Shown here: positions 23,243 to 33,973 of the stretch, one piece after another | Position numbering within the stretch: position 1 is the stretch's first letter | Layout of the letters: every line of letters begins with the position of its first letter | Source of the DNA: Klebsormidium nitens | Taxonomy: Eukaryota; Plantae; Klebsormidiophyceae | DNA length: 51,757 nucleotides | Assembly (NCBI GenBank): GCA_000708835.1 | Contig: DF237560.1 | Span: 1-51,757, forward strand | Reading direction: 5' to 3' | Translations under genes and position numbers: made by a program | Notes under the pieces: generated by a model | The model's input: the letters and a program-made list of their open reading frames with translations, nothing else | Database searches by the model: none | Told to the model about the DNA's origin: nothing

Positions 23243-25074
23243 GCTATAGACGTAGATCTCATTCTGGGTCAGCCGCTGCTGTCCCTGGGCGAGCACGTAT
23301 GGATTACTGGGGTCTCTTCTAAACTAAACGGAGTTACTATATCTGAAGGTTTGTCTCTGCAACTGGAAGGTATGGAGAGTGGCTGGAGGTTTTGGTCGGG
23401 GCGTCGTAATATTTGCGGGCGGGTTCTATAATCATGCTTAAAGGTGCTTAGCAGGTTGTTCGTATAAGCTGTCGATCGATTGTTGATGATAGCCCAATAT
23501 GAAACAAGTACATATGCTGAGAATCATCTGATTCGGCGAAAGCCCTGCAGACGAACCATGAGGAGTTGGTTCGGAGAAACCTATGTAGGAACTCCAAAGA
23601 GGACATGCAATAATATCAAGGACGGAAAGCAATCAAGCATTACTGATAGGTGGAGCACGCAGGAGGAGCTGAAATATGCAACCTTCCTGTCTGACAACTG
23701 CAAACGCAATTGCGAATACTTTCACGCACGCATAGGTAGGACCGTATTTAACCACTTTACAATAACGGGTTATAGGGAGCAAATTGGAACGCTTTCATGC
23801 ACTTCTTTCACAAAGTGCTTCGGACCGAGCCATGATTCAAGCAAGTCTTGCCGGCAATCAGGCTGCCGCTCGACCGGCCTGGCATGCATGCCTGCAGCTG
23901 CATTTAGGTGACCTAGCTTGGCCATGCATAGTTACGAAACGAGTGCAATGCATGTTGATTACCCGCATCATTGACGTTTTCTTGGTATGCAGGTACGATA
24001 TAACTTATCATGCCTCTGCCATATCTAAGTCGCAATCATGCATTTGCATGTTGGAACATGCAATGTGACGGTTTCAATCAAGTCCGTGACTGAAATAAGA
24101 TGGTACAAAGTACTGCTGATCGATGCAAAACCGATGATAGCCAAAGTAGGACATCTAGCTCGACATGCACAAAAATAAATGTATTGGGCGGCCGGATCCG
24201 GCACGATTTCCAATACGTTGAAGATCCAACACGCGCCGCCACAACCAGACAGCGCGCGGGTCCAACTTTCAGCTTGCATGTCAACTCTGACTTCGTTTCA
24301 CTTGACATCCGGATGCATGGTATGATCCAGCATCGGGAGAGTATATATTCCATTATGGCAAGCTGCACGTACATGTGACTATCGTCATCACACTAGCAGG
24401 TGTGATTCCATATGCAGACAGAAATCAAGTAACATCACGTCTCAGCAATGCATTGAGTACTAGCATCAAATCGTAGGGGTTGAGAGGTTGAGCATCCGAT
24501 TAAAGGCTTCAAGTCTGAAAAGAAACGATTCAAGTTGCTCATGTGGTGCAGTGCATGATCGAATCGTCAATCCAGCAACCGAATGCTACCACCCCCAGTT
24601 ATTCGAGTCTTTTCACTTTCCATGTCGAGCTGGGCTGCTAATCTTAGAGGGAAGAGAAATCGAATCCTGCACATCGTGTTTTATCGTACACAAAGGTCTT
24701 CTTTGCCGACGAGGACAAATCCAATCGTTGATAGAGAGACCAACATACGGCCTCGTGTTGGTGGGACATTGTACGTAACTTTGAGTATCTCTGACTCTGT
24801 CTTAAAAGAAGCCTAGCAGACCTCCATGAAAGGGGCGACAACCCTTGCCTACAACTGTGTATTCCAGGGGCCAGACAGTCTAACTTGGAAGTACATCCCC
24901 GCCGAAAAACGACTTGTGTAACTGATTCACCCAAGTTATACAGCCGGAGTGAACGTACGGGGCCTAGACCCGACCTGGTTCCCAGCATTTCTAACACCGA
25001 ACGGTGCAACCCATTACGACACTTCCCCTATCCCTGACGTCACAAGATGTGATCCTGGTCGTGCGGTGACGTCA

Positions 25075-28000
25075 TCAGGCCGGGGAGATGGTGAAGCGGT
25101 GGGAGGGGCTTCCGGCCACCGACCGGAACTTGTCGGCCAGCCGGCGGGACCTCTGCACCGGGGTCAATACGAGCTGGGGCGACTCGGTGTTCTGCGCAAA
25201 AGGGGGGAAGAAGGTGGGGTTATAGTTACGCCCGGAAATCCCCTTGTGCAAAAGAAGGGAAGAAGGTGGGGTTAAAGTTACACCCTAAGAACCCCTTGCG
25301 CAAAAGGAGGGAAGAATGTGGGGTTGAAATTACCCCCTAATATCCTTGTTGGAAAAGAGAAGTATACTCCGTGACGGCGGCCCGAAGGCGAAATAAAGCT
25401 GTTTGTATGGAAGTTCGAGTTCCCTTGTGTGCGTGCCGGAATGTACTGAATAAAAGCAAACCTTCCATTTTGTTGAGGCTCACGGCTTACAGGTTACCTC
25501 TCGGCTCGAAAGGATTGCATACCGCCTCGGACTCCTGACGAGCAAATATAGTTGAGTCGAAACAACTCCTCCCTATCCATCCACTTCCAGCTCCAAGCGC
25601 TTTACCTTTGAGGTCAAAAATGCGGCAAATTCGTACGTGCGTTTTCACCCACAAAACGCGCGGTTTGCTAACGCCATTATCCAAAAAGTAGAGTACTGCC
25701 AAGAGAGGAAATCACGGTTCGCTGATGCCAAAAAGGAAAAGTCGAGTTGCCATAATTGCAAATGTCTTCAGTTGGCAAGATGACGAGATTGTACGAGATC
25801 CGAGACCACGAACCTGCGCACTTGCGAGGATCACAAAAGTCTTACACTCGCCGAGACCACGAATCTGTGCGATTGCCTGGACACATTAACAGTTGCCTGG
25901 AACACCAAATCGAGCTTCGACACGGACACCTCACCTGTCCGATCATGTGGCGTACGAACGCTTGGTACTGTCCGAAAGGCGACCCGATTAGAAGCAACGC
26001 CTTTACCCACTTAGAGGCGCAGGTTGATCGTCTTGCCTCTAACTAATGGGAAACGCGCATCAAAGTTATCAGATCACGAGTTTCTGCCTCAACCGGACGC
26101 CTCACCTGTCCGATCATGTGGCGTACGAACGCCTGGTACCGTCCGAACGGCGACCCGAGCGCGGAATTCGCGGGCGTCACCACGACCGGCTCCTCCATGC
26201 GCACCCCCTGCCGCAGGAACATGGGCGTCGTCACCTCCGCCGGGATGACGTCATCCTCCTCCTGGCTGACGTCATCACTGGCCCCGCGGACGTCATCCCG
26301 GCCTGCTGTGGGCGCCGGGAAGAAGTGGGCGCCGACGAAGGCGGCGAGGGAGAAGACGGCGAAGAGCGCCAGGGCGGCCGCGAACGCGGAGGTGTAGCTG
26401 CGGACGGCGACGTCGGCCATTTCCAGCAGCGCAGCTTCACGGACCTGCAGACAAAGAATAATCTTGTAAGTACGAGAAAAGGAATGACTCGGAATAATGT
26501 CAAGCCGTGACTAACAATGAAGAGTTGAATGTATGTTTCGTTGATCTGTGAGTGCAGCCGCGAACGCGGACGCGTAGCTGCGCACCGCGACGTCGGCCAT
26601 TTCGAGTAATGCAGCTTCACGGACCTGCAGGAAGAAGAAGATTTCCTTGAAATCGAAAGGAAGTATGACTCCAGATGTTGTCAAGGTGTAAGGATACTGA
26701 AGAGTTGAACCATAGTCTAGCTGATCTGTGAGTTCTGCCGCCCACGCGGAGGTGTAGCTGCGGACGGCGACGTCGGCCATTTCGAGCAGCGCGGCCTCAC
26801 GCACCTGCAGGCGGAACAATCTTCCGTTTTTAAATGCAGTGGGTATGATGAAAAAATGTCAAGCCTCGACTAATATTGAAGAAGGTGAACCATATTCTTA
26901 GCTGATCTGTGAGCGCGGCCGCAAACGCGGACGCGTAGCTGCGGACGGCAACGTTGGCCATTTCTAGCAGAGCAGCTTCACGCACCTGCAGCAAAAGGAG
27001 TAGTCTTTTGAAGACGCAGTAAGCATGTCTCAAGATGTTGTCAAGCCGTAGCTAACACTGGAAATATGAATACCACATTTTTAAGCTGATCAGTAAGTGT
27101 GGCTGCAAACGCGGCGGCGTAACTGCGCACCGCGACGCCGGCCATCTGAGTGCAGGCGATTCACGACAGTCGAAAAGTCTTTGCAGAATTTTGAAGACAA
27201 GGAAGTTCTATGGATAAGTAACATGTAAGCTGTCCGCGTGTCAACACCTCGAAGCATCCACACTGATGCCAGAGACGGCGGAAGAGCGAGAAGGCCCAGT
27301 TCAAAAAGGAAAGGCAGATTGTGTCGACTCTCGACGGACCCTCGATAGAAATGCACGCTCCGCAGCGGTCCAATGATCGCACAGGGGTTCTACTTTGCTT
27401 CGAAAGTGTGGACCACGTTAGGACATGGTTCCGTGCAGAGTTTGAGCTGGGAACTTAGTCAGGTACAAGGAGTGTGGAGGGTCCACATTTTATCGGACGA
27501 TGGAGGCGCAATTGCGTAGTGACAAGGACAATTCGCACCCGGCTTTCACGACAATCTAATTTCTTCTCAGTGCGCAAACCTCGGGTAAAGGCCTCTCTTA
27601 AGCCCTCGACCTCCCCCTAACGGGGCAGTTTGGGGCTCAAATATGTTCCGGACTTTTCCGCACCAAGTCCTTCAGAAAATAGTTTCCGTGCGCATGGGTC
27701 GAGCCACTACGGTACCCGTCAATCTCCAATTATTTGCGTTCTTCCGCGACTTGTCTCACCTGCCGCTCATACACACTCGGGACCGCATCTGCGTCGTCTG
27801 AGACGGCGTCCCAGGAGGTGATTCGGACGTCCGCATCCGCGGATTGGGCGTTCGAGCTGACCGCGGCGTGCGCGTCTGGAAGTTCGGCCGCCCAGGTGAC
27901 GTCATCCTCGTAGTCCAGGCTGTCCGGGTCCTCCGTCTCGATGACGTCAGCACGCTCGTCGGGTTCTCCGGCGTCCGGGTCGGGCTCGTCGAAGGTAGCG

Positions 28001-31000
28001 GAAGAGGACGGTTCCTCCTGTTACAAGAAGGGGCCGAAAGGGATTCTGGCCTTCGAACTTCCGTTGAGTTTCTGGTAGATTGGGATGGACAACACAACGG
28101 AACGGACTGAAGGGCCATCACTGGTTGCAAGGAGGGGAAAGGCCCGGGCTCACAAAAGATGGGGCGAAACCTTGTCAAGCACGTCAGAAATGGATTGCCA
28201 AGAACACACTCTTCTCTTACTCCTCTACCTGAAAGACTGTGTGTTCGCTCAGAGAGAGCGAAAATCCTCCAGAAAGCTAGAAACACGAAAGAAATGCGTA
28301 ATAGCACCGGTCTCGTTCCTCGCAGCGAACAGAGTCCGCGGAAACCGTTTTGCGCCGCTGAGTAAAGGCCAAAGTTGTTGGATCACAACACTTTTGGAAG
28401 AACCTTCACCTCGGGCACCAGTTCGTCCAGATGAGCGCGTTTGGAAGACAAAGAGTCCGGGTATGTTTAAGTTGCACGCCCAGCCAATATGCGAAAGTAT
28501 TCTGAAATTTTGTCAAAAAGGCGGGTGTAGGAGCCTATTCTCACCTCCGGCACCAGTTCATCCAGGTTGTTCGGTCCGTCGTACTCGTCGAAGGACAAGC
28601 GGATGATTGGCAGCTGCGGGGCGGCGATCATTTCCTCGACGGTGGCGGTACCCTCAGCAGAGGATTCGTGAGCAGGCTGTCCAGACACGCCCTGAGAAGA
28701 AAACTTCTTAAGAATTTGCTTTTGCAAGGGAGTCTTGAGTTGGTCGTTGTAGGTATGGGGAATGGGTGCCAACAGTCTGTTCGTGAGAACAGGCAAGTCT
28801 GCAGTGAGAGCAGGTCTTTCGAAATTGTACACACATGGGAGCAACCTACATATAAAGAACACAAGGATCGGTAGAGCGTCTCTTCCTCGTCAAAGTAACC
28901 ATTGGACAGGGGATTGGCCAGGTGCACTGGTAAGTGGTGCTAGACCCATGTTTGCAGGGTAGAGATGGGTTGAGTTGCAAACAGCAACAGGGATTTGCAC
29001 GCGGAGAGAGGATGGATCCGCATTGCACTTCACTGAGCACAGTGCGACTAAAGGAGTAGAGGCCCTAAAAACCAGATCCTTGATGCCGTTGTGTTTGAGT
29101 TGAAGCGAATCTCTCAATGCCATCCGGTTCAACCTGAACGGCTCCAGCTCATACGAAGGTCAGAAAGGCAGGTCCTCCGGTCAAACGAAGAGTCCGTCTG
29201 AAAGAAAGGAACATCGAGCGCGGGACAGTCTCACCTCTTCATTTATCTCTCTGGGAACGAAGTGCTTGACGGAGGTTAGCCAGTCAACGTCTGTAACGAA
29301 GAGGTTGTTTGAGAACCAGGTATCGCCGCTGTACCTGAAGATTAAAAGGTCACCAGTTCATTGGCTTTGATGGAGTCCATTAAGTCACCTTTCAATGTGA
29401 ATTCAGCATTCACGAGAACGCAGTTAGAGTCGACGGAGCCAAACCATCAATCAGGTCGTTGCTGAAACCGCTCTCGATCTCTTTCAGCGAAAGATGACAA
29501 AGCGGTACTTCGTCACAAGCGTTCCATATATGCAAACGAACCCAACCTGTCACAAGTCTCACCTAGCAACTGGTTTGCTCTCAGGAAAGCTGCGAGGTTG
29601 CTCGCAAACGGCACATCTATTACAAGCGCAGACTCACCTTCCAGCGCCCGGGGTTCCGTGCCACAGCCCCCGGGGTGCCCACCGCCCCACGAGCGCAGCC
29701 CCCTTTAGCTCCCGGGGGACCCAACCCGGGTCCATTTCCAGCCCCCCCAGCGCCATGAAAACCACCGTCGCCAACAGCAGCTTCAGAACTAGGCGCACCC
29801 TCGATTTCACGGGGTGGGGGGTGCTGACGTCATCCGTGCTGACGTCGTCCTGGCCCGGCATGACGTCATCCTCGTCGTCGGGGGACATGCGCAGGCGGCG
29901 GCGCGGGGTGGCGCGCTCGCTCCCCGGCTGCTGGAGGAAGACCTCGATGAAGCGGGGGGATCCCCCGAGGGAGACGGACGTCATGGTTGTTGACTGCGGG
30001 GGGGTCTTGGGCTCAGGGGATTCAGGGGGGGGGACGGCGGACAGGAGGGACGTCCAGTCGGGCTGTGCGGCCAATGGGGCCCTGCCAGGTGTCGCGCCGC
30101 GGGCGAGGCTCGGGCGGCGGAACTCGGGGCGGGGGGAGAAGGGGTTGTTGGACGGGGAGTATTCCGGGTTATCTCTAACTGCATTGGGGTAATCGTTGAC
30201 CAGGTTTGCGGTCTCAGAATGAGAGGCGTCCTGGGCTGGGGTGTTGGGGGGGGTGTTCAGTGCATAATCAACCCGATTCTTAACCTCCTGGTTTGAGGCA
30301 ATGCCGATAACCGTGTCCGCTTTGGGTGGGCTGTCAGTGGCGGGTTTGACTGGGTTAGGGGTGAGGGTTACTGGTGCGGTTGCGCTTGAAGCAGGGCCTT
30401 GGTTACTCAGAGGAATCAGGAGATTGTCTGTGGGGGATTTGAGGGTGGGTTTGGGACTGGCTTTGCCAAAGGCGTCAGTGGGCCGCGGACTGGGATTTGC
30501 CGGGGCAGAGTTCTCTTTTGAGGCGTGCTCAGTTGTGGCGATGCTCTTCCAACCTGCAGCTGTAGAAAAGAAAGAAATTGTTTCATTTGCTGCTTGTTTC
30601 TGAATTGTGTTGTAGGAAGGTGTGCTTGTGTAATCATCAAGTCGATTGGAGCATGATCCCCTGCTGGATTCACATCTCCTACCTGTCATGGAACATGCCC
30701 AACTTTAGGTGGGTTCCTGCTATCAATACCAGTTTTTAGGGCATGTTCCTGCATTGAGGCGCGTCAGTACCTACTTTTGAAATGAGGCGAGATGACTTCT
30801 AAGCCTGTATTCAGGAAAATGCGACATTCCGCAACTTCAGGAGACTTCTATTCGTGCTTTTCTGCGGTCTTCTTCAGACAAGAAGAGGAATGCTGGACAC
30901 CGACCAAGCTAAGGCGACTTATCGCAGGCTGGGGCAAGCTAAATCACACAAGGGCCAGCCCAGATGTATAGCCCCTTTTGACCCACACTTCGAGATGGCA

Positions 31001-31819
31001 CTACAACCCTGGTCTTCAGCGCAGAACGTTCCATGTTTCACAAAACCGGGTGAAGTGCCGACATCGCTGATCAAAGATATTTTGCAACCAGCGTCAAGAA
31101 CCACAGTCAGACGATCTTGCCTGGTTACTTAGAACGTACAACAGTAAGGTCACTCATTTGCTAGGGGTTCGAGAGAAGCCCTTTCAGGCAGCAAACTTGA
31201 GCAGTAGAGGCAAGCCACCAACTACCGCCATTCTTCAAAACAACTGCAAAGTATGGATTTTAGGAAAGCACAGCTTCTGTAACCCAAAACAGCCCCCGGC
31301 AGAACAGCTTCTAAATGAAAGCTACATGTTGCATTGACTGCAGCCCTGCACTTTCTGTCTCTACTTGAATGAAGGTCCACCTGTCAGGGGGTGTCCTGAA
31401 GATCAAAGGCAGCAGGCTGATCCATATGAACAGAAGCAGCCATGTCCAGTGCAGCTAACAGCAGCACTCTAGCAACTCCCTTTGTCAGACTTACCTTTTG
31501 GAGTGTGCTGCGCATCAGCAAACAGCGGATTGTTGTGCGCCCCCTTCACCAGATTTGCCGCCACTCCCTGCAGGGGGCTCTTGGCAGGCACCTTCACACT
31601 CAGCGGCGACACCCCCCGCCGAGGTGACAGAGTCCCTGGCAAACCTTTGCTCCCTGAGGGGGGTAGTGGGGACTTTGGCGGCTTTGCTGCTGCCGCCCTC
31701 TTGGTGACCCCATCCCAGTACTGTTTGTGGAGCTGGCTGGGACTAGGCGCGGCAGAAAAAGTGCTCTTCCGGACCGGGGAGCCAGCGCGAGGCGCGGTGT
31801 TTGGATCAGCTTCCTGCAT
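25075..31819 (-). CDS. Uncharacterised protein with two predicted transmembrane segments, an S/T-P-rich N-terminus and an acidic inter-TM region (about 735 aa)
   Basis: Phase-consistent exons 31819-31495, 30559-29638, 29334-29235, 28691-28545, 28017-27760, 26444-26106, 25191-25075 (TGA). Hydrophobic stretches VRLVLKLLLATVVFMALGGL and AFAAALALFAVFSLAAFVGAHFF. Extra small exons at 28.8-29.1 kb or 25.5 kb cannot be excluded. Confidence 0.75.
25192..25345 (-). repeat. Three units of about 55 bp duplicating the branch/polypyrimidine region of the last intron
   Basis: Plus strand repeats ggaagaa(g/t)gtggggtt...cccttg(t/c)gcaaaag. On the minus strand only the unit next to the exon ends in ttttgcgcag; the two upstream units end in aag. 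Confidence 0.8.
26445..27170 (-). repeat. Tandem array of 180-181 bp units, each an intron tail plus acceptor plus about 25 codons of the downstream exon
   Basis: ctgcag|gt(c/g)cgtga(a/g)gc...agctac starts at 26985, 26804 and 26624, with a degenerate copy at about 27165. The true exon starts at 26444. Confidence 0.93.
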
Positions 31820-32302
31820 TGCTGCGTTGGGGCGTTCACATGCGCCTGATGGAGGTACCAAGAACTGATGCTGTTCAGGTGGAAATGCAATAACCGCAAA
31901 GTAAGTTTGCACATTCAAGCGCTATGTAGCTTTTTCTGTCATGCTGTCCAAAAGCTTTTCCTCCTTTTCCTGTCAACACAATTGAGGAAAGCCTGACTTT
32001 CACAGGTCAGCACGTTGACGCCTCCAGCTTGCAGATTCTTTCAGGGGTAGACCGTAGAGCCTGATATAAAAGAAGGAAGTCACCGCCCTTTCTACCACGG
32101 TATCATCCCGCTATCACAATTTCCAGAAAACAACTGCTGTGCCTCTGTGTTTCTGCGACGCTGGGAGGCCGCTTTCTTCGATGCTTGCAAGTTGCATTTG
32201 CCATGATTTGGGCTGCCCAGTGCCCACATTGCCATTCTTCATTTGAATCATGTGCTAGCCGTTGGACCGACCAGAACGTGATTCCGGTTGAGCGCGGCAG
32301 TA

Positions 32303-32660
32303 GAGTATGTAATTTCACTAGTTTCAACTGCAACGTAGGCATGACATCACCGGTACCCACGGTGAACAGTGCGACGGTATGCTACCGGTGTCGAAAATGG
32401 TCGGTACCGTGCAGTGTTCAGCCGGGCACTCGATTGCAGGGAAACGGAGTGCTCGGGGGATGTCAGGGTTATTAGAGGGCAACCGACTGATCTTGGTGGG
32501 GTTAGTTGGGGGGTTAGGGTGGGTACGGGCGGGCTATGGCGGAACGCCTTAGGGTATAGTCAAAACCCGGTTACTGCTCTCAGTTTGACCTTAGGGTTTT
32601 AGGTTTGGCAGGTCCTTAACTATGATGACGTCGCAGTTGAAACTAGTGAAGTTACATACC
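32303..32660. mobile_element. MITE-like element, about 358 bp, with 33-bp terminal inverted repeats and a telomere-like interior
   Basis: agtatgtaatttcactagtttcaactgcaacgt (32304-32336) versus the reverse complement of 32628-32660, ggtatgtaacttcactagtttcaactgcgacgt: 3 mismatches. TA at 32301-32302 and 32661-32662, with a one-base offset. Interior contains gggttagggt, ccttagggt and ttagggttttagg. Confidence 0.7.
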
Positions 32661-32869
32661 TACGTCCAGCGCGGTTTCCTGAACCAGTCTCGATCACAAG
32701 CAGACCGAATACCTACCGTCGATATGCGAGCTCAAACTATTCAGCTCGTCCCAGGACCATCGATGTTCCAGGCTCGGCGATCGGACGGTCGGACACCTAG
32801 ATTACCTAGACTGGTTACGCAGTGGAACTAATTTAGCGTACGGGTTACCGGTACGGTACTGACATGGTT

Positions 32870-32975
32870 CCAGAGCGGACGGTCACGATGCTCCGACGCG
32901 CCGCGACAGCAAGTATCTCCTGCGCGAGCGCGACGCGATAGGAGCCGCGTCGCTTCGCCTTCCCGCGCGTAGCTT
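32870..32975. promoter_or_regulatory. CGCG-rich island between divergently transcribed genes (probable bidirectional start region)
   Basis: Dense cgcg motifs between the minus-strand two-TM gene and the plus-strand PH gene. Similar islands occur at about 170-210 and 7450-7545. Confidence 0.35.
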
Positions 32976-33973
32976 TGAAGTTAGCAACCGTGGCATGCAT
33001 GCTTGCGCAATCTTCGCCAACAAGAAAAGGTGCTTGCTAGCCCGGACGATCCAGAGATGGAATGAATCTGTTGATCAGCACCAAGCCCTCTTCTGAGTCT
33101 AACTGTGTTATCCCGTACTTCACTACAGATAACAGGTCATTGAAAGCTCCGCAAACCTCGTTCACACAGATATAGACGTCTAGGGATTAGGCCAGCTTGT
33201 GAGAGATATATTTCTACGCTTGCGAATCTCGCGGCGAAGTTTCATCCATCATTTGTGCGACATAACGCAGACTTTGCTTCGAAACCCTTGATGTATGAAG
33301 TGATCGCTTATTGCATAGTAGATTGACAGAACAAGGGTGCCTCAGGCTGACATTTCTTGAGCCACTTTGAAGCGTCGTCGTGCAGAGTCAATAATGCAGA
33401 GTAGGTTGCTGATACAGTTGACGTGGTAGACTAAGAGCAGCAATAGCCAGGATCAGCATAAAACATGCAGGCAAATGCCTCACGACAGAACAACTTTGAA
33501 AACACGGATGGACCGTTGAACGTCGATAAGTCATGCAAGATTCCCGTGCTGATTCACGTCGGACGGGTTCGGCCGGGGGAGGCCGAAACGAGTTGTCGGA
33601 CGACGTTCCGTGTTCTCCATACGAAAAAGCGTCTTTCACTTTTTAAAAGATCAACGCGCTGTTAAAGGTTGAACCTCACCATACGCGCCCGCAAGTAGGT
33701 CATGGAGAATCCTTGCTTGAGTCTCAGGGAAGACTCTCCAACGTCAGGGGAGCTGTGGCAAAGTCAAATCAACAGCAAAGCATGAACAACCGTGGACCAA
33801 CATAAAACAGACTTCATCTGAAGTCGGCACTTTTCAGGCAGCAGATTCTGAGATGAGGCAGAGTAATTGAATCTTCTTGGCAAGGCGCCCCTAACAAGAG
33901 CCTCCTTGAGGGCTGCAAAGAAACTAGGCGCTCCCCTTTCAGAGGGTTGTTTTAACGGACAAAGGTGGCCAAG

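Noticed and set aside
26445-27170. Regular 180-bp array as a CRISPR array or satellite
   Set aside because: The genome is eukaryotic, the inter-repeat segments are homologous to each other rather than unique spacers, no cas genes are present, and the repeat is a copy of the adjacent exon head.
29494-30603. Plus-strand ORFs of 232 aa and 100 aa
   Set aside because: Antisense to the large exon of the two-TM gene.
32490-32605. Interstitial telomere
   Set aside because: TTAGGG-like words are scattered, not tandem, and lie inside inverted repeats.
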